Shown here: piece by piece, positions 1-8,223 of the stretch
Position numbering within the stretch: the first letter of the stretch is position 1
How the letters are laid out: every line of letters starts with the position of its first letter
Assembly: GCA_038245905.1 (NCBI GenBank)
Contig: JBBRRY010000051.1
Span: 1 to 17,177 of the forward strand
Direction: 5' to 3'
Length of the DNA: 17,177 nucleotides
Source of the DNA: Thermoanaerobaculia bacterium
GTDB taxonomy: Bacteria; Acidobacteriota; Thermoanaerobaculia; UBA5066
The notes under the pieces: model-generated
What the model was told of the DNA's origin: nothing
Seen by the model: only the letters and a program-made list of their open reading frames with translations
Databases searched by the model: none
Translations under genes and position numbers: made by a program

Positions 1-939
1 GCTCGTGAGGCCGCGCGAGTTCCCGATCGCCCCGATCGCGACCACGTTGTTGAAGGCCTGGGTCGTCCCCGCGATGCTCGCGACCCGGACGTTCGCCTTG
101 AGCGTGCACGTGCCGCTCTGACCGATCGTGCCGCCCGTCAGAGTGACCGAGCCCGAGCCGCCCGTCGCGGTCAGCGCACCGTTGACGAAGCCTGTCCCCG
201 TGCAGGCGACCGCCGGCGAGCCGGGCCCGACGACCGTCATCCCGACGGGCAGCGTGTCCGTGAATGTCGTGATCGGGAGCGCCGCGCCGGCGTTCGGGTT
301 CGTGAGCGTGATCGTGAGTGCGACCGTGTCGCCTGCGATCGCCGGCGAAGGCGCGAACGCCTTGCTCCCGGTCGGATTCAACAGCGCATTGACGGAGAGC
401 GTCGCGCTCGCGGGAGTCGTGTTGAAGACGTCGACTCCGCTCTCCTTGGCCGTGTAGCCGCTCGTCCCCGGGCCCGGCGTCGTGTTCGCCGGGATCACGG
501 CGACGTGGTTGCCCGGCGTCGTCGCCGTCACGTTTATCTGGAAGAAGCACTGCCCGTCGACCGCGCCCGTGCCCGCCGGAATCGTGCCTGCCGTCAGGTA
601 GACCGTACCCGTCCCCGGGGCGGCCGCGCTGACCGTGAAGCCGCACGTGTTCGTGATCCCCGTGGGACTCGCGATCGTGACCGCGGCGGGCAGGACTTCC
701 GTCACCGCCGCGGCGGTGAGCGGGACGGTCGAGCTGTTCGCGATCGTGATCTTGTACTGCGAGACGTCGCCCGGGTTGATTGTGGCGGCCGTGAACTGGT
801 GGTTGATCGTCGTGGAGGCTTCGGTCGCCCCCGAAAGGAGCACCGCTGCCGCGGCGAGAGCGAGCACGGTAGACAGGCGCCGTCCGCGCCGCCGGAGCGG
901 CCGTACAGTCCAAATGCACCCGAGAAGGACTCGCGCCAA
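1..939 (-). CDS. Secreted DUF11-like Ig-fold repeat surface protein (5' part; runs off the window's left edge)
   Basis: Hand translation of a minus frame absent from the ORF track: ...[29 protein letters not shown]|[27 protein letters not shown]...TEVLPAAV...TC...QC..., then [25 protein letters not shown]...[11 protein letters not shown]...C...GGTI...TCTLKANV...FNN. Sec-type signal peptide, T/G/A/N-rich, two repeat units each with a Cys pair. No ATG; TTG 939 chosen, GTG 867 is an alternative, upstream in-frame stop at 991-993. Confidence 0.85.
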   Translation of the reverse strand, partial: MARVLLGCIWTVRPLRRRGRRLSTVLALAAAAVLLSGATEASTTINHQFTAATINPGDVSQYKITIANSSTVPLTAAAVTEVLPAAVTIASPTGITNTCGFTVSAAAPGTGTVYLTAGTIPAGTGAVDGQCFFQINVTATTPGNHVAVIPANTTPGPGTSGYTAKESGVDVFNTTPASATLSVNALLNPTGSKAFAPSPAIAGDTVALTITLTNPNAGAALPITTFTDTLPVGMTVVGPGSPAVACTGTGFVNGALTATGGSGSVTLTGGTIGQSGTCTLKANVRVASIAGTTQAFNNVVAIGAIGNSRGLTS

Positions 940-947
940 GAGGTCAG

Positions 948-977
948 ACCCTATCCCAACCCGACGAAGACCTTCAA
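948..977 (-). promoter_or_regulatory. Possible sigma70-type promoter for the DUF11-like gene
   Basis: Minus strand TTGAAG (977-972), 18-nt spacer, TAGGGT (953-948), in an AT-richer intergenic patch 8 nt before TTG 939. Confidence 0.3.
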
Positions 978-1003
978 GGATTAAGTTGATTCAGACCGTG
1001 CTT

Positions 1004-1972
1004 TCACTCGAGGGCCGCCGCGAAGTCCCTCACGATCTCTCCAGCCGGCCGGACGGACGTGATCGTCGCGACGCTCTTCCCCGCCTGCCAGCAGTCGGCC
1101 GACGTCGCGCCCTTCACCGAAGCTCCCCGGAGCCGGAACGCCGACCGCATCGAGTACCAGCCTCGGATCCAGTGCTTCGTCCTCCGGCCCTTGAGCATCC
1201 ATCGACCGATGGGGCCGGCTCTCGTGCCCATGCGCTGGATGAAGGGCGTGTTGATGACCGCGAGCGGGACGCCCGTCACGCGTTCGGTCGGGACGATGTC
1301 CTCCTCGTCCGCCGCGAGGATCGCGTTCTTGTAGTCGGCGTGCGCGGTGCACTCCGTCGCCGCGATGAAGCGCGTCCCACACTGGACGCCCGCGTACCCG
1401 AGGTCGAGCATCGCGCGGAACTCCTTCGGGCTGCCGACGCCGCCCGCGCAGACGAGCGGGAGCTTCAGGTCCGCGATCTCCTCGAAGAGCTCCTCGGGGC
1501 TCTTCTTCCCGAGGTGCCCGCCGGCCCGGCGGTTCACGCAGATGAGGCCGTCGACACCTTCGGCGGCGGCCTTCTCGGCCCAGCGCCGGTCGATCACGTC
1601 GTGGTAAACGACGCCGCCCGCGCTCTTCACGCGGTCCACGACCCAGCGCGGGTTCCCGAGCGCCGTCACGAAGAAGCGCACGCCCTCCTCGAGCGCGATG
1701 TCCACGTAGTCCGACATGCGTTTGGCGTAGACGGAGGACAGAGACTTCTCGGTGAGGACGTTCAGGCCGACCGGCTTTGTCGTGAGCGACCGGATTTCGC
1801 GCATGCCCGCGCGGAACTCGCGCTTGTGGACAAAGACGAGGGAGAGAGGCTGGACGACGCCGATCCCGCCCGCCTCGGAGACGGCCGCGACGAGCTCGGG
1901 GTTCGAGCACGGGTACATCGCGCCGCAGATGAGCGGCACCTCGATGCCGAGCGCCTCCGTGAGCGCCGTCAT
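1004..1972 (-). CDS. Nitronate monooxygenase / FabK-like FMN-dependent oxidoreductase
   Basis: MTALTEALGIEVPLICGAM..SNPELVAAVSEAGGIG; KPVGLN; AGGH catalytic His; AGGVG; GTRFIA..EC.AH..YK. ATG 1972 overlaps the upstream stop (ATGA). 322 aa. Confidence 0.92.
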   Translation of the reverse strand: MTALTEALGIEVPLICGAMYPCSNPELVAAVSEAGGIGVVQPLSLVFVHKREFRAGMREIRSLTTKPVGLNVLTEKSLSSVYAKRMSDYVDIALEEGVRFFVTALGNPRWVVDRVKSAGGVVYHDVIDRRWAEKAAAEGVDGLICVNRRAGGHLGKKSPEELFEEIADLKLPLVCAGGVGSPKEFRAMLDLGYAGVQCGTRFIAATECTAHADYKNAILAADEEDIVPTERVTGVPLAVINTPFIQRMGTRAGPIGRWMLKGRRTKHWIRGWYSMRSAFRLRGASVKGATSADCWQAGKSVATITSVRPAGEIVRDFAAALE

Positions 1973-2445
1973 GACACCTTCACCGGCCCCGCGAGCCAGA
2001 CGGCCTTCCCGCGAGCCACGACCTCGCCTGCCTCGTTCGTCAGGACGCTCTCCACGAGGACCTCCTTCTCGACGACTCCCGGGAAGACCGGCGCGTCGCT
2101 CGCGGCCGTGATCGTGCCGCGCGCCTTCTTGAGGAATTCGCACTCGACGCGCACGAGGATCGTCCGCATCCCGTCGGGCAGGCCGTAACCGAGCGCGAGG
2201 CCGGTCGTCATCTCCGCAAGGTTCGTGAGCGCGATCGCGTGGATCGACGCGAGGTGGTTGCGCACCGCGCGGCGGTCGTTCATCGCGATGACGGCGCGGC
2301 CGGGCTGGAGGACGCGGATGCGCGGCCTCACGCTGCCCGAGTACGGGATCGCGAGGCCGAAAATGAACGAGAAGAACGACTTACCACCCGGCAGCGGCGC
2401 GAGGCGCACCCACCACGTGCGCAGGTCCTTCGGCGTGGCTGGCAT
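1969..2445 (-). CDS. Hotdog-fold (PaaI/DUF4442-like) thioesterase-family protein
   Basis: MPATPKDLRTWW..LAPLPGGK..F...IPYSGSVRP...RRAVRNHLASIHAIALTNLAE...EFLKKARG; 158 aa. It is the C-terminal half of track ORF 1969..3024. Confidence 0.88.
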   Translation of the reverse strand: MPATPKDLRTWWVRLAPLPGGKSFFSFIFGLAIPYSGSVRPRIRVLQPGRAVIAMNDRRAVRNHLASIHAIALTNLAEMTTGLALGYGLPDGMRTILVRVECEFLKKARGTITAASDAPVFPGVVEKEVLVESVLTNEAGEVVARGKAVWLAGPVKVS

Positions 2446-2455
2446 CCGGGCTGGG

Positions 2456-2484
2456 ATTCTAAGAGAAGAAGGACTTTCTTCGAA
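2456..2484 (-). promoter_or_regulatory. Possible promoter for the hotdog-NMO operon
   Basis: Minus strand TAGAAT (2461-2456), 10 nt before ATG 2445; weak -35 TTCGAA 17 nt upstream; no SD visible. Confidence 0.4.
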
Positions 2485-2499
2485 TGGGGAGATCGGTGC

Positions 2500-3447
2500 A
2501 TGCTCAGGGCGAGGCCGACCCTGCGACGCCACCTTCGTTCCTCGGTTGCGCGAACTCTTCTGATCGCCATGGCGCCTTTCGCGCTCGACGGCTGCGTTTC
2601 GATCGGCGTCTCGCGCGCCGATCTTTCCGCCCCCCCCGACCCGTCCGCCCCTCCACGGGGCGCGATCACGGTGCAAGTCTTCGAAAAGGTCGCCGACCGC
2701 GAGGCCGAGCGGCGCGTCTCCTATCCCGTCCTTTCGGAGATCTTCCGCGCAGGCGGCGACCAAGATCTCGTCGCACGCTCGATGCGCGCCACGTTCACGG
2801 TGCAGGACCTCCCGCCGGGAACCTATCGCCTGAGGATCTCGAAGCGCATCGACGAGAAGGGCGACATCGTCGCCCTCGCCAACCCCGCCGACAAGGCGTT
2901 CGACGTGGTCGCGGGCGAGCGGACGGTCGTCTCGGTCGTCCTGAAGAAGGTCCCCGTCTTCTGGATCATCGTCGCGGCGATCACGGTCCTTGCGCTCGTC
3001 GTCCTCGTGATCATCGGCGTCCACAAGGGAGACCTCCCCAAGCCGCCCCCGCTGCCGCCCCTTCCGCCCGTTGCGTTCGTGATTCCGCTCGGCCCTGGCG
3101 GCGGCGACGGGGCATCGGAGGCGCCCGAACCCGCCGCGGTCGACGTGTTCCCCGCGCCGGGCTCCGTCGTGGCCGCCCGGCGCGTCACGGTCACCTTTCT
3201 CCTCTCGATGCCGCTCGTCGCCAGAGGCATGGAGGACGGTGCGGTCCTCGCCGTCGGCACGGCGTCAGGCGAGATTCGCGGGAGAGCGGCATACCTCCCG
3301 AACGAGCAATTCCTGCAATTCACACCGTCTACGGACTTCGTCCCCGGCGAGGAGATCACCGTCACGCTCGACCTCTCGAAACTGCGCGGCGAGGCCGGGC
3401 GGACGGGTGCGGGTCGGGCCTCGACCACGTTCCAGGTGGCGCGATGA
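2500..3447 (+). CDS. Putative lipoprotein with beta-sandwich domain, internal TM helix, Pro-rich linker and C-terminal Ig-like (Big_5/SbsA-like) domain
   Basis: SD GGAG 8 nt before ATG 2500; signal MLRARPTLRR...LLIAMAPFALDG|C; ATFTVQDLPPGTYRLRI; hydrophobic VPVFWIIVAAITVLALVVLVIIGV; PKPPPLPPLPP; VDVFPAPGS..V.VTF..S.PL...LQFTPSTDF.PGEEITVTL...STTFQV. 315 aa. Confidence 0.75.
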   Translation: MLRARPTLRRHLRSSVARTLLIAMAPFALDGCVSIGVSRADLSAPPDPSAPPRGAITVQVFEKVADREAERRVSYPVLSEIFRAGGDQDLVARSMRATFTVQDLPPGTYRLRISKRIDEKGDIVALANPADKAFDVVAGERTVVSVVLKKVPVFWIIVAAITVLALVVLVIIGVHKGDLPKPPPLPPLPPVAFVIPLGPGGGDGASEAPEPAAVDVFPAPGSVVAARRVTVTFLLSMPLVARGMEDGAVLAVGTASGEIRGRAAYLPNEQFLQFTPSTDFVPGEEITVTLDLSKLRGEAGRTGAGRASTTFQVAR

Positions 3448-3980
3448 GAGTCCTCACGGTCAACGTCGGCCTGCCGCGGGACGTCAAGTTCGGAAAGCGG
3501 CGGATGCGCACGGCGATCCTCAAGGAGCCAACGAACGGGGCCGTCCCGCTCCGGCGGCTCGGCTTCGAGGGCGACGGGCAGGCGGACCCGCGCTACCACG
3601 GCGGTCCCGACAAGGCGGCCTACCTCTACCCGTTCGAGCACTACGCGTACTGGGCGGGCGTCCTCGGGCGGGACGACCTCGCGCCGGGCGCTTTCGGCGA
3701 GAACCTGACGACGGAGGGCCTCCTCGAGGTGGACGCGCGAATCGGCGACGTCTACGAGATCGGGACCGCGCGCGTCCTCGTCACGCAGCCGCGCACGCCC
3801 TGCGCGAAGCTCGGCGCGAAGTTCGGCTCGATGACCTTCGTCAGAACCTTCGCTTCGGCAGGCCGCCCGGGCTTCTACCTCCGCGTCCTCGGGGAGGGGA
3901 TGGTCGAAGCCGGCGACGCGATCGTCCTCGTCTCGACGGATCGGCAGCGCCCGACGGTGTCCGCGGTCTTCGGCGAGTAG
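3444..3980 (+). CDS. MOSC domain protein (YiiM-like)
   Basis: MRVLTVNVGLP...TAILK; GDGQAD.RYHGGPDKA; FGENLTT; IGDVYEIG; VTQPRTPCAKL (conserved Cys); GRPGFYLRVL.EG. ATGA overlap with the upstream gene; 178 aa; the C-terminal 3-alpha domain appears absent. Confidence 0.93.
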   Translation: MRVLTVNVGLPRDVKFGKRRMRTAILKEPTNGAVPLRRLGFEGDGQADPRYHGGPDKAAYLYPFEHYAYWAGVLGRDDLAPGAFGENLTTEGLLEVDARIGDVYEIGTARVLVTQPRTPCAKLGAKFGSMTFVRTFASAGRPGFYLRVLGEGMVEAGDAIVLVSTDRQRPTVSAVFGE

Positions 3981-3994
3981 ACTCTCCCTCACCT

Positions 3995-5152
3995 ATGGCC
4001 CGCTGGGAGCGCAAGGAAATCGTCCTCCGCACGAATGCGGTCGGCCAGGCGATGACGGCGCCGGTCTTCTGGTGCCACGGGCGGAACCCGCATCCGCTCG
4101 CGTACCTCCAGGCCAATGTGCACGGAGGCGAGCTGCAAGGGAACGCCGCCATCCTCGCGCTCTTCGACCTCCTCGAGAAGGAGCCGCCGCGCGGAAGCCT
4201 CATCCTCGTGCCGCGCGTCAACCCGATCGCCGCGACCCAGCAGATCGGCGACTACGTCGCGGGCGTCTACGATCTCGCGACCGGCGTCAATTTCAACCGG
4301 GGCTACATCAACCTGACCGGTCCCTCGCGCGGAAGCTCAGCCTGCTACGTCGACGTGGACGCCTTCGCAGCCGTCCATCGCGACGCGACCCTGTCGGAGA
4401 TCCGGGACGGATTCCGCGAAGCCTTGAAGGCCGCTCTCGGAGCCGTGCGCGACGCGGCCGACCCGTGGGGGATGGAGGCGCGCCTGGAATTCGCCCTGGC
4501 CATCCAGGAGGTCGCGGTCGAAGCCGACGTCGTCATGGACCTCCACACGGGAGACCGCGCGCCACGCTATCTCTACGCGCCCGAAGGGGCGACGGCGGCC
4601 ACCCGCGCATTTGGGATCCCGTTCGTCCTCGAGGTGCCCCCCCGCTTCGCAGGCGCGCTCGACGAGGCATCATGGGTGCCATGGAACGACCTCGCCGAGG
4701 CCTTCCGTCGCCTGAATCGCACGGACGTGCGGCGCTTCGTGGACGGATTCACCGTCGAGCTGGGCTCGATGAACGCCTTCTCGATGGCGCAAGGTGTCGA
4801 AGACGCCAAGCGCATCGCCTCGGCGCTGCGCTATTACGGAGTCCTCGACGGAGAGCCCGAAGATCCCGCCTACCGCATCGTCGCGTGCAGCGTGAACGAC
4901 TACAAGTCGATCTACGCTCCGGCCTCCGGTCTCGTGGACGCCACGCTTTCCCCCGGCACGCCCGTGAGGAAAGGCGACCTCATCGCTCGCATGGTGGACC
5001 CGACGCGCTGCGCTCTTCCCCCCCGGGCGCAGGACGCGGTCGTGGAAGTGCGCGCGCCCGAAGACGGCGTCGTCCTCCTCTTCCATGCGTTCTCGTCGAT
5101 CCCGAAGGGCCTCCGGCTTCTCTCGATGATGACGAACACGCGGTCGCTTTGA
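3995..5152 (+). CDS. Succinylglutamate desuccinylase/aspartoacylase (M14 zinc carboxypeptidase-like) family protein
   Basis: QANVHGGELQG (HxxE), VPRVNP, NFNR, MDLHTG, TVELG, and a C-terminal biotinyl-lipoyl-like segment (YAPASG...PGTPVRKGD...VRAPEDG). 385 aa. Confidence 0.92.
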   Translation: MARWERKEIVLRTNAVGQAMTAPVFWCHGRNPHPLAYLQANVHGGELQGNAAILALFDLLEKEPPRGSLILVPRVNPIAATQQIGDYVAGVYDLATGVNFNRGYINLTGPSRGSSACYVDVDAFAAVHRDATLSEIRDGFREALKAALGAVRDAADPWGMEARLEFALAIQEVAVEADVVMDLHTGDRAPRYLYAPEGATAATRAFGIPFVLEVPPRFAGALDEASWVPWNDLAEAFRRLNRTDVRRFVDGFTVELGSMNAFSMAQGVEDAKRIASALRYYGVLDGEPEDPAYRIVACSVNDYKSIYAPASGLVDATLSPGTPVRKGDLIARMVDPTRCALPPRAQDAVVEVRAPEDGVVLLFHAFSSIPKGLRLLSMMTNTRSL

Positions 5153-5178
5153 CCGGCCCCGCAGCCACCGGGCGTCCG

Positions 5179-6906
5179 TTACCTCAGATAGCCGAGCGAC
5201 CGCAGATTCTCGACGTACTCTTTCGGGTCGATGAGCGGCCGCACGGCCGCACGCCTCCGGCCCCACGACGCCACGGTCTCGGCGTCGACGGTTCCCTTCG
5301 TGAGGAGATCTCCCCGCACGCGCCCCGCGATCTCCCGTGAAGCGGGAACACCGAGCACGGAAAGGACCGTCGGTGCGAGATCCGCAGGGGCGATCGTAGC
5401 CTCGGCTCCCGCGCGCGCGAGGGGCCCGGACAGACGCACGATGCCGCCTTCCTCGCGTCTTCCCGCGTCGAGGACCTCGACAAGCAGGTCGGGGGCTGGT
5501 TTGAGATCGGCGTCGAGGAGGAACGCGCGGAGCTTCGCCGTCTCCTCGGTCAGGGCTGCCGCGAGCGCGACGCGGTCCGCCGCACCGCGCTCGGGGTCGG
5601 CGAGGGCGGACGACAGGATGTCGGGCCCCGGCAAATAGAGAAGGGCGAGCCGGGGGCGTTCGCGCCGCCACGCATCCCGAAACGCCGCGAGCGCGAAATC
5701 GTCGAGTCCTCCCGCGTCCGCCACGAGTCGTTCGAGCGAACCGGGCTCCGGCGCGATGCGCGGGGCGAGGCGTGCCGCGAGTTCCGCCACGTCGGCCGGC
5801 CAGCCCTCCCCCGCAAGCGAGCCCCCCGCCCGGGCGGCGAAGAAGAGATGGTTCCCGAGGATCGTCCCGCCTCCTTCGCCTGCGGGGTAGGTCGTCCACC
5901 AGTTCACCGTGAGGCACGGGATTCCCCCGCGGCTCGCGACCTCCCAGAGAGCCGGCACGCGCCGCGCGCTCGCCGTGACCGACTCCAGCCGCGCGAGCCG
6001 CAAGGCCGGGAGGACGCTTCGGAGGTACCACCCGGCGCCCGCGAGGGGGCGCACGGGCGCGCCGACTCCCGCGATCCGCACGAGATCCAGGGAACCGATC
6101 CCGTGGCGCTTCACGCTCTCCCCGGTCGCAACCGTCGTCCAGAAAGCCGCCGGATCCCGCGCCTCCTTGACGTAGGAGGCGCGCGCGCCGTCTCCGGGCA
6201 GCGCCGCGGTCCATCCGTCCACGCCCACGACGACGACGCGGCGCCCGTTCGCCGCCACGACGAGGGGCGAGTCTCGGGCCACCGGGACGCGGAAAAGAAC
6301 CGCCGAGATCCCCACGAGGGTGAGCGTTCCTCCCGCGAGCGTCCACGCGAGAAACGTGCGGGAGGGACGCGTCACGAAGAGGCGCCCGGAGGCCGCCAGC
6401 ACCGTGAACGCGAGGCCGCGTGCGACTCGCACGGCGATGAGCACCGCGAACGCGACGGCGGCGAGGACGGCAACCGCGGCTGGCACGCCGGCACTTTCGA
6501 GCACGGGGCGCGCGGCGAGAATGCCGGCGACGCCGGCGAGGACGCCAAAGGCAACGGCGATCTCGGTCGAGCCCTCTTCCGCGTCGCCGCGTACGCGGGC
6601 CCGGAGGAGAGCGAGAAGGACGAGCGCGAGGACGACGACCGAGGCGACGGCGGCCGCGCCCGCGAAGAGCCAGAGAAAGAGAACGGCCGCGTCGCCGAGC
6701 GGCAGCGTCGAAGACACCGCGTGCAGCACGGTCTGGGCGAGAGCCACCGCCGCGGCGAGGAACGCGGCTCCCGTGGCGGCGCCGAGGAGGAACGCGCGCG
6801 TGCGCGTCCGCGCCGCCAGCGCGCCCTTCAGGACCGCGCCCTCGACGCCCCGCTCGAGGTAGCCCCGCTCCCTCAGCCTCTCGCGGGCCTCGTCGAGAGA
6901 AATCAC
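5179..6906 (-). CDS. Membrane-anchored alkaline phosphatase/phosphodiesterase superfamily protein, apparently degenerate
   Basis: GTG 6906 overlaps the upstream stop (GTGA); about 6 N-terminal hydrophobic segments; VVVVGVDGW; FWTTVATG...HGI; VNWWTTYPA; YLPGPD; DLAPTVLSVLGVP...GRV; C-terminal ENLRSLGYL. 575 aa. Confidence 0.82.
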   Translation of the reverse strand: MISLDEARERLRERGYLERGVEGAVLKGALAARTRTRAFLLGAATGAAFLAAAVALAQTVLHAVSSTLPLGDAAVLFLWLFAGAAAVASVVVLALVLLALLRARVRGDAEEGSTEIAVAFGVLAGVAGILAARPVLESAGVPAAVAVLAAVAFAVLIAVRVARGLAFTVLAASGRLFVTRPSRTFLAWTLAGGTLTLVGISAVLFRVPVARDSPLVVAANGRRVVVVGVDGWTAALPGDGARASYVKEARDPAAFWTTVATGESVKRHGIGSLDLVRIAGVGAPVRPLAGAGWYLRSVLPALRLARLESVTASARRVPALWEVASRGGIPCLTVNWWTTYPAGEGGGTILGNHLFFAARAGGSLAGEGWPADVAELAARLAPRIAPEPGSLERLVADAGGLDDFALAAFRDAWRRERPRLALLYLPGPDILSSALADPERGAADRVALAAALTEETAKLRAFLLDADLKPAPDLLVEVLDAGRREEGGIVRLSGPLARAGAEATIAPADLAPTVLSVLGVPASREIAGRVRGDLLTKGTVDAETVASWGRRRAAVRPLIDPKEYVENLRSLGYLR

Positions 6907-7844
6907 TTCTTCCGGTCCCTCAGCATCTCCGCGAACTCGCGCAAGAGGTCCGCCTTCTTCCCGAAGGGCTTCAGGGAGACGAGCGCGTGCTCCGTCAGCT
7001 CGGCGACGAGCGTGCGGGCGCCCGCCTCGCCGACGTGGCGCACGAACGAGGGCGCGGGCGCGCGGCGGGCGGATTTGCCGGTCTCGTCCGCGGCGCCGTG
7101 GGCCTCGAGGAGGTCGTCGACGATCTGGAACCCGAGGCCGACGTTGCGCGCGTAGGAGCGAACGGCGCTCAGCTCGTGCTGGCGTGCTCCACCGAGAACG
7201 GCGCCGAACTCGGCCGAGGCCACGAAGAGGGCCCCCGTCTTGCGCGCATGAATCGTCTCGAGGCGGTCGAACGTCGCGCCGGCCGCGTCCGTCGCGAGAT
7301 CGAGAGCCTGGCCCGAGGCGAGCCCGAGGAGCCCCGAGGCGTCCGCGAGACGCGACACGAGGTCGAGCGCGAGAGAACCCGGAATTCCGCCGCGTCGCGC
7401 GTGCAGTCCCGCCTCCGCCAGGAGGCCGAAGGCACGCGTGAGAAGCGTGACGGCGGCGAGGATCGCGTTCCCTTCGCCGTGTCCCACGTGAAGGGCTGGC
7501 CTCCCGCGCCGCAGCGTCGCGTCGTCCATCGACGGCAGATCGTCGAGGACGAGAGACGCCGCGTGCACCATTTCGATCGCGCACCCGGCTTCGACAAGGC
7601 GTGGCCGCGGCGCCTCGAACAGGTCCCCCGCGAGAACGACGAGAGCCGGTCTCACGCGCTTGCCCGGCGACAGAAGCGCCTCCCGAGCGGCGGCCGGGAG
7701 CGGATCCCGCGTATCGGGGATGAGCGCGTCGCCGCCGAGAAGGGCCGGAAGCCGCGCGTCGACCGCGGCGCGCACCTCGGCGAGAAGACGCAAAAGGGCG
7801 GGAGAAGCCGCGGAAGAGGCAGCGGGCGCGGCCACGTCGTTCAC
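6903..7844 (-). CDS. Polyprenyl diphosphate synthase, CrtE/type II GGPP synthase-like
   Basis: PGKRVRP; EMVHAASLVLDDLPSMDD..LRRG (FARM); GQALD; KTGALF; GLGFQIVDDLLE (SARM); TGK. The start is uncertain (GTG 7844 or 7835). Confidence 0.93.
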   Translation of the reverse strand: MNDVAAPAASSAASPALLRLLAEVRAAVDARLPALLGGDALIPDTRDPLPAAAREALLSPGKRVRPALVVLAGDLFEAPRPRLVEAGCAIEMVHAASLVLDDLPSMDDATLRRGRPALHVGHGEGNAILAAVTLLTRAFGLLAEAGLHARRGGIPGSLALDLVSRLADASGLLGLASGQALDLATDAAGATFDRLETIHARKTGALFVASAEFGAVLGGARQHELSAVRSYARNVGLGFQIVDDLLEAHGAADETGKSARRAPAPSFVRHVGEAGARTLVAELTEHALVSLKPFGKKADLLREFAEMLRDRKK

Positions 7845-7882
7845 CGAGGGGAAAGACGGGCGCCGCGCCCTCTCGGGGACAT
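7841..7882 (-). other. 13-aa mini-ORF (MSPRGRGARLSPR) bridging the STAS stop and the polyprenyl synthase start
   Basis: ATG 7882-7880 overlaps the STAS TGA (TGATG); its TGA 7843-7841 overlaps GTG 7844 (GTGA). Confidence 0.3.
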
Positions 7883-8223
7883 CAGAAGCTCGCGAGCGCG
7901 TCCTTCTCGTTCGTGAACACGTCGAACACGGTGATGAGCTGGGTCACCGTGAGGACGTCGCTGATCTTGGGGGGAAGGTTCACGAGCTTCAGCTTCGCGC
8001 CCTTGTGCGTGGCGGTCGTGTAGCAACCCACAAGCTCGCCGACGCCCGAGGAGTCGATCGTCGTGACGTCCTTCATGTCGACGAGGAGCTTCATCGCACC
8101 GGCGCTCACAGCCGCGTGGATGGCCTCCCGCATCTGCAGGTCGCCTGCTCCGATCGTGATCTTGCCGTGGAGCTCGACGATCTTGACGTCGCCGACGTCT
8201 CGAGTGGTCACCGTGGTCTTCAT
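7882..8223 (-). CDS. STAS-domain anti-sigma factor antagonist (RsbV/SpoIIAA-like)
   Basis: MKTTVTTRDVGDVKIVELHGKITIG...LLVDMKDVTTIDSSGVGELV (phosphoacceptor DSSG)...LKLVN...LITVFDVF; 113 aa; ATGA overlap; GGAG upstream. Confidence 0.95.
   Translation of the reverse strand: MKTTVTTRDVGDVKIVELHGKITIGAGDLQMREAIHAAVSAGAMKLLVDMKDVTTIDSSGVGELVGCYTTATHKGAKLKLVNLPPKISDVLTVTQLITVFDVFTNEKDALASF

Noticed and set aside
865-900. Tat signal in the DUF11-like protein (RRRGRRLS)
   Set aside because: No S/T-RR-x-FL-K match; a basic Sec n-region is simpler.
5153-5178. Intrinsic terminators at the convergent junctions (also 17020-17040)
   Set aside because: No convincing stem-loop followed by a U-tract on either strand.
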